A DNA stretch of 64,000 bases from a virus: positions 1-64,000 of the IMG/VR virus record IMGVR_UViG_3300047552_001072, one strand, 5' to 3'. Below are positions 18,240-29,300 of this stretch, piece by piece (positions within the stretch are counted from its first letter, which is position 1; each line of letters begins with the position of its first letter). The notes below the pieces were generated by a model, which was not told the DNA's origin, did no database searches, and worked only from the letters and a program-made list of their open reading frames with translations. The translations under genes and the position numbers were made by a program.

Positions 18240-20696
18240 ATGAATAAAAAGAAAAAAATAAATTTTAAACAGTGGCTTGCATGTGGAGGTAAAATGAAGT
18301 ATAACAGAGGAGGAGAATCTGGTACTGGGGTAATAGCTAACACAAATGCTACTAGTGGATACGTAGAACCAGAAAGATATGTATACGATGAAAACGCAAA
18401 TACACAAAGAACTATTGGTTCGGTTATCTCTGGTGTAGGTGGAGTTGCTGCTGCCGCTAATCCTATTGTAGGTGCTATATTAGGTGCAGTAGGTGGTATT
18501 GTTTCAAGTACAGCACAACCACAAATTGTGGAAAAGCAAAGACAAAATACTAATCCTTATGGGTATAAGTTAGGAGGATTAATGCAAAACTTAGATGATC
18601 CTATTAGAGATCCTGTTACAGGAAAAATAATTGGATATACATCTAGAGCTAAAAGATCTGAAGTTACTCCTACAGTAGATAACAGTACTACTAAATACTA
18701 CGAAGAGATATATGAAGAAAAGAATGAACATCAAAGAATGTATGAGTTAGGATTAACAGGAAATAGATCTAATAGTACAGACGTAAAAGAAACTATATCT
18801 AAAGAAGAACGTGCCAGAAGAGATGCAGAAGTTGCTGCAGAAATATCTAAAATAAATAAAAAAGAATATGTTAATGGTGGTGATCTTGAAGCAATAAGTA
18901 ATGATTCAATTCAAGTAGATGCTGATAATCCTTCATTAACAGATTCTGTAGAAACAGATAAGGCTTTTTTAGATCATAATGAAGTTGTTACTGGATCTAG
19001 AGTTTATAGTGATTCTTTGATTAATCCAAATACTGGAAATAGTTTTGCTAAAGATGAATCAAGATTACAGAAAATATTAGGTAAGATTCAAAAGAATAAA
19101 GAAAGATCTGGGGATACAGAATATAAAGACGAAGAATACTTGAATAGAAATTCTAAAGCTTTATTTGAAACTCAAGAACAAGTTGCACAAATGATGGGAT
19201 TACGTAATGAAGATGGTACACCTAAACAAGAAGGTGGTATGAAGTTTGGTGGAAAGATGGATCCTCCAAAAGGTAATCCTATAGAAGAGATGATTCTTAA
19301 TAAAATTATGTTACTTAAGAATCAAGATAAGCCTATGGTAAAAAGATTGTTAAGTTCTGATCCACAAGTTATAAATAATGATACAGGAGAATCAATGAAA
19401 GCTTCTGAAGCTCGTGGAGCAAAAAGTATTTCTACACATGTTATGACAGATAGTTATAACGATGGAAGTTATACACAAGTATTTCCAACAGTATCAGAAG
19501 ATTCTAAAGGTAAGTTATCTCATAATGAAGATGTATTTAAAGCTTTGGACTCAGGGGATTATATGAATGTTCCAGCTAATATGGCAGAAAAATTTGCAAA
19601 GACAGGTTATAAACAAGGAGCAAAAGGACTCAATGAAGATGTGGGGTATAAATTTAAATTTGGAGGAATGATTGGTAAGAAGAAACCTAAGTATATTGGT
19701 GGTGGACCTATTAAAGATCCTACTAATTTATTTGGACAAGAAGTAGAACTAGGTTCTGGTGAGAACTTATTTGGAAATACAACTTATCCAGATTTTGTTT
19801 CTCCTGGATTACGTACTCAATTAAATACAGATAATCTTACGACACTACCATCAGGACAACTAACACTACCTGAATCAGAATATGATACATTTACAGGTGT
19901 TAAGAAATCTTTACTAGGATTAAATAATTATAATCCAGGCACTACATCAAGTTCAGTAATAGAACCTAATGTTAGTGAAAATGCTAGTACTAATAATACT
20001 GTAGGAGCAGGTAAAACTTTAATGGATAGATTAGGTGGAGCTACAGCAAGTGAAACTACAGGAGCTAAGAAGTTTAATGAATTTCCATTTGGCGAAGTAG
20101 GTACTGGGGTAGGTTTAGTATCAAACATAATCAATAAACTTACTAATAAACCTACTAATGTAGATTATGCTGATATTGGTAAACCTGAATTAGATATGCA
20201 AGAGAAAGCATTACAAGGTTTACGTAGAGGAGAATCTACAGCACTTGCGGATGCAACTATGGAAGGTAAAGTGGCTAAAGAAAATCTTGATGCAAGATCT
20301 TTACAAACACGTAATGCTAACTTAAGAAATATTGCTACAGGGATAGCTAAAGCCAAAGCAGGAATCAGAGATAACTTTGCTAATAGAATGGCAGGAGCTT
20401 TAGGACAATTTGGAGCAAGACGCAGTGCATTAGAAGAAGCTAACAGACAAAAGAATATGAATGTTGATGTAATCAATACTCAAGAAGCAGATGCTGTTAG
20501 AACTGAGGCTATGAAGATGGATGAGAATGTTCGTAAGTTATTAATTGAATATCAACTATCACAGAATAATAGAAAGACTAATGACCAATTGTCTAAGTTA
20601 TTAAGAACTCAAAACTTTAAATTTGATCCTAATTCAGAAGAAGGAATTCAATTTATTAAAGTATTAAGTAGACTTCAAAATACTAAAACAGAATAA
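18240..20696 (+). CDS. Internal virion (cargo/ejection) protein 1 with GG repeats and TM segment
   Basis: Located right after the muzzle gene. Gly/Ala-rich hydrophobic hairpin (18414-18509), repeated aromatic-x-x-GG motifs, an NEVV...VYSDSL.NP.TG.SFA domain and a C-terminal coiled coil. Confidence 0.7.
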   Translation: MNKKKKINFKQWLACGGKMKYNRGGESGTGVIANTNATSGYVEPERYVYDENANTQRTIGSVISGVGGVAAAANPIVGAILGAVGGIVSSTAQPQIVEKQRQNTNPYGYKLGGLMQNLDDPIRDPVTGKIIGYTSRAKRSEVTPTVDNSTTKYYEEIYEEKNEHQRMYELGLTGNRSNSTDVKETISKEERARRDAEVAAEISKINKKEYVNGGDLEAISNDSIQVDADNPSLTDSVETDKAFLDHNEVVTGSRVYSDSLINPNTGNSFAKDESRLQKILGKIQKNKERSGDTEYKDEEYLNRNSKALFETQEQVAQMMGLRNEDGTPKQEGGMKFGGKMDPPKGNPIEEMILNKIMLLKNQDKPMVKRLLSSDPQVINNDTGESMKASEARGAKSISTHVMTDSYNDGSYTQVFPTVSEDSKGKLSHNEDVFKALDSGDYMNVPANMAEKFAKTGYKQGAKGLNEDVGYKFKFGGMIGKKKPKYIGGGPIKDPTNLFGQEVELGSGENLFGNTTYPDFVSPGLRTQLNTDNLTTLPSGQLTLPESEYDTFTGVKKSLLGLNNYNPGTTSSSVIEPNVSENASTNNTVGAGKTLMDRLGGATASETTGAKKFNEFPFGEVGTGVGLVSNIINKLTNKPTNVDYADIGKPELDMQEKALQGLRRGESTALADATMEGKVAKENLDARSLQTRNANLRNIATGIAKAKAGIRDNFANRMAGALGQFGARRSALEEANRQKNMNVDVINTQEADAVRTEAMKMDENVRKLLIEYQLSQNNRKTNDQLSKLLRTQNFKFDPNSEEGIQFIKVLSRLQNTKTE

Positions 20697-20698
20697 AT

Positions 20699-23296
20699 AT
20701 GGCTAGATTTTTTCAGGCTCCCATAGTTCAACCAATGGACTATGGGTTTAAATTACCCTTCAATGAAATTATGGGAGCCCTTAGAATGAAACAACAAGAG
20801 CAAGATACTGCAGTAGCTGAATTAGGTAAAATATATGATGATACAGCAAATAGTCTTGCAGTAGACTACCCTTTGAGAGATGCTTACTTAGCTGATAAAC
20901 AAAGACGTATAGATAGTATAATGTATGATGCACAAGGTAACTTACAAGACTTAACAGGTAAGACCAGAGAGATACAGGCAGAGGCTAGACGTCAAATATC
21001 AGAAAAGAAATCAGGAGGTATTCATTGGGGAGTAGAAGGATCTTTAGATAATAGAACTAAGTATAATGAATCAGTAGAAAAAAATGAAAAGATTACTGCA
21101 GATCAAAAAATATATCTTACTGAAAGATCTGATTATGAGTATAATATTAAAGGTGGTTTAGGTAAACCACAAGGACCTAATGGATTATATAGTGAACAAC
21201 AATTATATCAAGGTATTAAACCTGCTAACTATGTTGATATTGAGAAAGTAGGTGATGGTTATGGTAAAGACGCTGGTGATAGTCAAATACAAATATCTGG
21301 TGTTCAGATAGACCCTAAAACATCTCAAGTACTAGGTGGAGAAGATGGATTATTTAAAGATGTACATAACGGTATGTTTGTACAAACAGGTACTCTTTTA
21401 ACAAAAACATATGATCAAATATTTAATGCTACTGCTAATGGTTTAACAACTAATAAAGAAGCCTTAGAGTATATGGAACAAGAAGCTAGAACTATTGCAT
21501 GGAAAGCAGGAAATAAAAATCCTACCCAAGAACAAATACAGCAACATATTGATACTCGTATACTAGAAGAGTCTGATAGGATAGCACATAAGTATATGTC
21601 TGCTAAATTTCAACCAATGGTATATCAACATTGGAGAAATGCTAAAGCTGCTGATCATAGATATAAGATGGCTCAGATTGATTATGAGAAAGCAAAAGAT
21701 CTTAAACCTATTGAAACTCCAATCAATACTGTTCAAAACGTAATTAATACTAAAGACTTATTTACTAAAAGAACAACCACGGAAGAATCATTAAAAGCTG
21801 CTAAAGAGAAAGTAGCATCTATGACAGGACCTGATGGAAAGTTATTACCAATGTTTGCTTCTGATCCAAGTAGAGTACAAGAGTTTAAAGCTGCACAAAA
21901 TCAAGCAAGACTTGCACAATTACAATTAGATGGGTTAAAGAATACTGAAGATCTTATCTTAAAAAAACAAGGATATAATGATGCTAATATTGCAATAGCT
22001 ACAGTAGAACAAGTACTAGGTAGTTATCTACAAGGTAATGAGGAAAGAGATAAAGTAGTTAAGGAACATTCTAATAGTTTAATATCCTATATTGTTACTG
22101 GAAAGTATAATCTTGCTACTCTTAATCCAGATGATTTAAAAAAGGTTAAAAACTTTAATGATCAAATACAACATTACGCAGGTAATTTTGAAGAAATTGA
22201 AAGAGTATATGATAAGGGAATGAGAGATAGAGCAATCAATCTTATGTCAGGAAACCATCCTAAGGAATTAGAGAAGTTGCTAGGGTCTAGAAACTATGGT
22301 GATGCAAATAATCCTGGAGTATTTATGATGAATCAATTACAATCTTCGTTTAAGAAAAGAAGAGAAGATGCTATTGTTAATGCTTCTAATAATATAAATG
22401 CTACTGGTGGATTAAACTTTACAGCTGAAGGAACAACTTTAACAAGTACTGATAGTCCAACTGCATCCTATTTAACTGCTGTTAACACTTCTGCTACAGA
22501 AGAGTTTAAAAAGAATAACTATGCAGGATTAGTAGTATCTCAAGGGCTATACGCAGGAGAAGAATTCACTCCAGCTACTTTACTTAAAGGTGTTTCTGGA
22601 TATGAAGGTGGACAAGTTAAGTCTATTAAAATAGATGTAATGCCTCAAAATACTTCAGGTATTGGTAGAGGTGGAAAACCTCAATGGAGAATTTCTGGTG
22701 AAATTTTAAACTCTGATGGAAAAAAACCTAAAATTATTGAAATAGTAACTACACTAGATCCTAAGAAAGCATCTTCATTAGTAGCAGCAAGAGATGAAGC
22801 AGCTATGCAAATGTTGGAGAATGTTGCAGATAAGAGATCAGAACAATACGCACAAGAAGTATGGTCATCAGCTACACAGATGTTAGGAGGTAGTACAGAC
22901 TTAATGTATAATATGTTTGATCAATTAGACACTGCAGCAAGTGAAGGGGCAGAACAAGTTATTAAAGATTCTGATGGAAGACCTTTGATAGGTGTAAGAA
23001 AAAACTATGGGGGAACTTGGTCTTTCTTTGAACCGTTTAAAGATTCTAAAGGAGATTGGAAAGTAGAATTTAATCCAGATAGAATTATAAAAGATACAAG
23101 AGCAAATCATTATAATACAGGTAAAACAGAATTTCAACATATTACAGATTTACAAGAACTTGTTGGTGAAAAAGTATATGATATTAAACGTAATAGAAAA
23201 AGCTTAGATTCTCATAGAGCTTTATTTAATTTACCTAGATACGTAGGTGACTCTTCAAGTATGGGGGAAGATCCTAATGCACAAGGAATGAGATAA
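20699..23296 (+). CDS. Internal virion (cargo/ejection) protein 2
   Basis: 865 aa with an N-terminal MARFFQ....DY..KLPF.EI pattern. Positioned between cargo protein 1 and the virion RNAP gene. Confidence 0.6.
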   Translation: MARFFQAPIVQPMDYGFKLPFNEIMGALRMKQQEQDTAVAELGKIYDDTANSLAVDYPLRDAYLADKQRRIDSIMYDAQGNLQDLTGKTREIQAEARRQISEKKSGGIHWGVEGSLDNRTKYNESVEKNEKITADQKIYLTERSDYEYNIKGGLGKPQGPNGLYSEQQLYQGIKPANYVDIEKVGDGYGKDAGDSQIQISGVQIDPKTSQVLGGEDGLFKDVHNGMFVQTGTLLTKTYDQIFNATANGLTTNKEALEYMEQEARTIAWKAGNKNPTQEQIQQHIDTRILEESDRIAHKYMSAKFQPMVYQHWRNAKAADHRYKMAQIDYEKAKDLKPIETPINTVQNVINTKDLFTKRTTTEESLKAAKEKVASMTGPDGKLLPMFASDPSRVQEFKAAQNQARLAQLQLDGLKNTEDLILKKQGYNDANIAIATVEQVLGSYLQGNEERDKVVKEHSNSLISYIVTGKYNLATLNPDDLKKVKNFNDQIQHYAGNFEEIERVYDKGMRDRAINLMSGNHPKELEKLLGSRNYGDANNPGVFMMNQLQSSFKKRREDAIVNASNNINATGGLNFTAEGTTLTSTDSPTASYLTAVNTSATEEFKKNNYAGLVVSQGLYAGEEFTPATLLKGVSGYEGGQVKSIKIDVMPQNTSGIGRGGKPQWRISGEILNSDGKKPKIIEIVTTLDPKKASSLVAARDEAAMQMLENVADKRSEQYAQEVWSSATQMLGGSTDLMYNMFDQLDTAASEGAEQVIKDSDGRPLIGVRKNYGGTWSFFEPFKDSKGDWKVEFNPDRIIKDTRANHYNTGKTEFQHITDLQELVGEKVYDIKRNRKSLDSHRALFNLPRYVGDSSSMGEDPNAQGMR

Positions 23297-23322
23297 TTTT
23301 TTAAACATAAAACAAAAATAAA

Positions 23323-26300
23323 ATGGCAGGACCAAACAAACCACTTCCAAAACCAGAGCCCTACTTAAAAGGTAGAACCTGGATAGTGCCAAGATCAAGA
23401 GTAGTTCTTGATATGATGGAAGAGCATGGTACAAAAGACCCTAATGATGCGGAAAGATGGTCGAATCTGTTGCAAAGAGACCCAGCATACGAAAGTGATG
23501 TTGCGCCTACTATGCGAGAGGGTAATGAGTATACAGCGGAAGATTTCTCCGATCTTCTTACAACAGAACAAAAAGCTTATGGCTTTAGAGGAGATAGAAG
23601 TTACTTAGAAGAGCAAAGAGCTCAAGATCAAAGTAACATAGGCAGATTAATGAGTGGAGTAGGTAGATTTATTCCAGGTACTCTTATTAAAACTGCACAA
23701 GGTATTAATACATCAGCATCATGGTTATATGATTCCTATAATTATTATTTAGGTTCAGGGGAAGACACTAAAACTAGATTTACTGGAACAAGTACACAAG
23801 CATTAGATGATGCTCAAAAAGCAGTTAATGAATTCTTTCCTGTATTTCAAAGACAGTCTTATAAAGATTCTGGATTGTTAGGAACATTAACTAGTTCAGA
23901 ATTTTGGGCTGAAGATATGAATGAAGGAGTTCAATTCTTAGCTTCAATGGGGCTGACTGGAAATGTACTTACAAAAGTACTGGGTGCAGGTAAACTTGGA
24001 ACAACAGGTGCAGCTGTATTGCCAGCAATAGCAGAGGCAGGAGTAGAATCTAAAGGTACATATGAAGCAATTAAGGCTTCATTGCCTGGTGAGAAAAACC
24101 CTCGTACTGGAAAAGAGTTTACTGGTGAGGAAATTGAACAGTTGGCAACAGAGGCAGCTAATAGAGTATTTAATGCTAACGTTGCATTGCATTCAGTTAC
24201 TAATGGTATTCAATTATTTACCTTATCTAACTCTGCTTTTACAAAGAACATAGATAGAATAAGAAAAGATATTGTTGCAGGTAAGACAAGTGCAGAAACA
24301 ATTAAAGCAGGTAGAAGTGCCTTAGCTAATGGTTCTCTTGCTGCTATATCTGAGGGTTTTGGTGAGGAAAATATTCAAACATCTATAAGTATGTTTGAGG
24401 AAGATCTAGCTAAAGAAGGTATATCTGAATTTGATGGTACAGGTTATTTTAATAAATGGCTTGATGGTGTAGTAGGATTTGGTAAAGCAGCTTTAGGTCA
24501 AGATATATCTCAAGATCAAAAAGAACAAATGAAAGCTATCTTAGCAGGTAGTTTAATTGGTGGTGCTCCAGGTGCTGTATCAGGATATAAAGAAGCAGGA
24601 AAACAAAAGGTATTATACGAAACATTAAATGAAGACTTTAAGCGTTTTGTAAAAGATCATGATATTGCAGGAAAGAATTTCTTTGGGGATAGAAACTCAG
24701 TCTATAAACAATTTGAAACAGAAGTAGATGAACTAGATTCTGAAGGTAAACCTACAGGAAAGAAAGTTATTAAGAAAGGAATTATCAATCCAATTACAAA
24801 TGAACCTGAAATAGATTTGGATGTAGCTAGAAAAATGTGGTATCAAACTGTCTGGGATAAGAAAGTATTTGATAGACAAATAGCTCTTACAATGGATGGT
24901 GATTCTCGTCTAGGTACATTTAATAAACATATTGCATTAGCTGGATTAGCTTATCAATATGATAAATTATATACCTCTGATGGTTGGAGTAAAGTAGGTG
25001 AAAAGGCTTTAGAAGAAAGATTAAACAAAGAACCTAATCAAGAGTTAACTGAAGATGAAAGAAAAGAACTTACTCAAATGAAGAGTCAAGTTAAATCTTA
25101 TCAAGATCTTTGGAAAACAATTAACTCTAAATACACATCTAAAGACGAGTTGTCTACTGATAAAGAAGTGGCTGGATTTGCTAAACATTTTAAAGATGTA
25201 ATGTTTTATGAGCATGTTAAATTACGTGCTTATGAAGATATGAAGACTAATCAAAATTTGAGTAAGAAAGATCTAGAATCATTAGATACTATGATTGAGG
25301 ATACTCAAAACTTTATTGAGAAGTTAGAAAATGAGAGAAGTTCTTTTAAAGAGTTTTACACCCAACAATTGAATCCAGTACTAGGTCAAGTTGAAAAGAT
25401 TCAAGCATTACAATCTCAAATAGATAAATCAGAAGATCCTCAAAGAACTGTAGAGTTAATGAATGAGAAACTTAATGAAGAATTTATCTTAGGCGAGACT
25501 CAATATATTAATAGTGAATTTAATACAGCAACAACCTCTACAGCTAGACAAGATGCTTCTAAATTAAAGTTTGGTTCAAGAGATAATGTTCTTTATGAGA
25601 TGGGAATGTCTTATAAGACAGAACTTGATATTAAAGAAAGAGTAGAAGATTTACAAAGCTTAAAAGAAACTTTAGATAAATCAAAAGCAGAGAATGGTTA
25701 TGATCAACAGTTAGAAGATGACTATAGTAAGAAACAAGCAGACTTATTAAACTTCTTTTCATCTAAGAAAGGAGTTGTTAATGAAGAGACTGCTAACTTA
25801 GTTCAACAAGTTATTGAGGAAATCAATTCAGATAATAAATTATTATCAGAACAAATTAATGAATTAAAAAATAACTATCAAAATTCTATTAATGAAATAG
25901 CTAGAATTGAAGAAACTAGTGACGTTGATAAAGGAGCAGCAGATAGAATCAACGATACATTAGATTCATTATATGATACCCTAGCACCTATAGCTGATCA
26001 GAATGAAGAAGTATCTAGAATATTAGAACTTAATTCGGATGCTACTCAAAGGAATAAGCAAGATATGCTTAGTGCATTAGCACAGGCTATTCAAGATAAC
26101 GGAGAAACTAATCCAGATGAATTAGAGAATGCATTAGATAGTGCTATTGATAGAGCAGGTGGAGAGTATATCCAAGATTCATTAGACAAAAAATTTGAAT
26201 ATTTATCTCAACTATTAGAACAAGAAGCTACTATTGATCCTGAAACTAATAGACAAATACAAGTTGAAGTTGCTAAACAAAATACTTTAGATCAAGAAAT

Positions 26301-29300
26301 TCAATCTAAAGAAAAACAGTTACAAGCTAAACAAGCTTTGACTAAAGATTCTATTAATAGAGCTTATACTAATTTAGATAAAGGAGTTAATAATAGAGAT
26401 AATATTATACGTGATAAAGTTAGTAGCCGTTTACATAAAAATAATTCTTATGGTAGAATTGATCATTCTTTACGAATAGAATATACTGAGAATTATTTAG
26501 ATCAAGTAGATGCACAACAGCAAGCATACGAAGCTGATAAAAGTTTTTATAATGAATTAGATACATTAAATAAACTTAAATCAACTTTATTATCTGCAGA
26601 GGCTGTATGGGTTAGTAGAGCAGAAGTTGTATGGAGCAGTCCAGAAAATAATTCTATAGTTAAATCTATAGAAGAAGCATTAGATAAATTAGATCAACTA
26701 ATTGCAGTATCTAAAGAGAATGCAGGTACTAGAGAAAAGATGCTTAAAGAATTTGAGACTAAAGAAGCTGATCAACTATTGGATTCTATAGGATTAAATC
26801 CTGATAGTAGTGTTAAAGATGATTTAATGTTTTCAATGATATTAGAAGTAGTACCAAATGCTACAGAGATTATTGATGCAGCCAAATCAAACATAGAAAA
26901 ATCAGCAGCAGTTAGAGTTGTTATTGATTTATTTAAAATGAATTCTTCTGATGTTCAAAAGGAAAGAATAAAGGAGAAATTAGAAAACGATAGAAAAGTA
27001 AAAGTTGCACAGATTGAGAAAGAACTATCTATTCAAGAAGTACTTTCTAGTCAAGCATATTACACAACACCTGTAGGTTTATTTAGAGATGTATTAATGG
27101 CTAAGGCTATTGAGATTCTTAAAGTAAAGTATACAGGAGAAAAAGAAGGTAAGAATCCTTTATTTATATTTGCAGAAACAGCAGACTTAAATGAATTAGA
27201 AAAAAATATATCTAATTCTAAAGAACTAAATAATTCTGATAAAGATCAAATTAACACATTAATTAGATTACATAAAGAATACTTATCAATATTTAATACA
27301 GTTACTTTATTTAACTCATCTGACTTGTTTTATAAAAATCATGAACAAGAAACAAAGATATTAAATGAATTATCTGATAAAAAAATATTTGAGGTTCCTA
27401 CAAGTGAACAATTACCAATCATTAGAACATTATTAAGATTTCTTAAAATACCTGTAAGTGGACAAGATAGAGGATCACTTAGTTCTATGTGGTCATTCTT
27501 AGCTGGACCAGCAGGTGCAGGTAAAACAAGAATTGTACTTAGTTGGTTAAGTAAGCTTTATGGAGTACCTAAAGAAAAGATTTATGCTTTCTCACATAAT
27601 GATAGTACTAGTCAAGGTATTGCAGACTCTATTAATGGTAAGAAAGGTTCTGCTTCAGAATTTATGACTACTCTAGAATTAGATAAGTTTGATCTTATAG
27701 TAATAGATGAGTTACCATTCTTTATGAATCCTCAAATAAAAGAATTTGAACAAAGAGTATTTGAACATAACAAAACAAGAAAAGATAATCCACTTAGAGT
27801 AGTTGCTTTAGGTGACCCAGGACAAATTAGAAAAGATAGAGGAGCTACAATATCTACTCACTCTGTTCTAACTAATATGAATTATTCTGATCCATTGGTA
27901 TTAACCTTTAGATCTAATGTTCCTTCTATTGTAAACTTGATGAATCAATTTAGAAGAAGAACATCAATAGTTAGTGGATTAAAAGTACAGTCTAATGTAA
28001 TATTTGGTACCAAATTTGATACGAAAGAGCCTACGATAGGTGTACATGCAGGTAAAGTAAAAGATGAGCTTATTGCCGCTTTAAATGCGAATAAAGATTC
28101 AGGTAGATCTAAGGTTATTGTTGTTAATACACAAGAAGATAAACTTAAATATACAAGTGCAGTTGAGAAAACCCCAGTACTAACATATGATGAAGTACAA
28201 GGTATGACATTTGATGAAGTATATGTAGACCTTCAAAGAACAGGAAAAGATCTTAGAGGAGAGGTATTCTCTAATAAGAAAAATGATTTAGAATTTAATA
28301 CAGCCATGTATACAGCAGTATCACGTGCGAGAAACTATGTATTCGTATTAGATCCTACAATGGAAAACTTATTTCCTGATAAAGCTTTAGCAGTTGATAC
28401 TAATAAATTATCTGAACAAAGTAGAGATAACTTTGAGAAGTTAGGTCATAGATTAGATACTGAAAGACAATTAATATCTAAATATATTAAAGAATACAAA
28501 CCTGAAGATATTAAGAAAGAGAAACCTAAAGATGAAAAACATTTAGATACTGGAGATAATATTGAAATAGAAGAAGATCCAGATGGAGAAATTACTCCTG
28601 AATTAGGTGTTGATCCAGTAGAAACTATTGGAGTAAAACAATCTGATACAGATCCAGATTCTGACTTAATGACTCAAGAAGAAGAAATTAGAGACATTAA
28701 AGAAGAGGCTAAAGGAGATAATGTTAAAGGTACTATTATTACTCCACCTATATTAGATGATACTGTTATTGATAAGGACGGTAATTTCTTTTATAAGATA
28801 TTATACCCAACTAATTCTCAACTTAAAAAGAATCCTAAAACTAAAGTACCTGATGTATTGCCTCAAGGTGTAACATTATCAAATGGGGTTATTACAGATT
28901 CAAGTCCAGTAGTGATGGCTGTTACCTATGATGGATCTATACTGGTACTAGGTCAAGTACAACAAAATGGTGTATTCACTAATAGATGGAAACAACTAGG
29001 AGTAATATCTGAAAAAGATAAAGAAAGTACATTCTATCAAAAGTTTGCTAGAGATAATGAATATAAAGCTACTAAAAATGGAGATTATATTAGATATAAT
29101 GAAGATACTGGAGAGCTAATGAATATTAGTCCTGTGTATGATTCTAATGGAAGATACGTATCTAATGGAGGAAATAATGCTTTTATACTCTCTGGTACAA
29201 TTATTGAATCTAATCCTGTAACTTATACATTCAAGGAAGAACCTACACATAAAGGTTTTATTAATGAAGTATTAGATAAATTTAGAAAAGGATTTAATGT

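Noticed and set aside
18300-18317. GGE in cargo protein 1 as a Pup-like tag for the COOH-NH2 ligases
   Set aside because: The motif is internal rather than C-terminal and only one GG repeat has Glu. As far as I recall, such GG repeats also occur in crAss-like phages without ligase clusters. Nothing in the sequence links the two loci.
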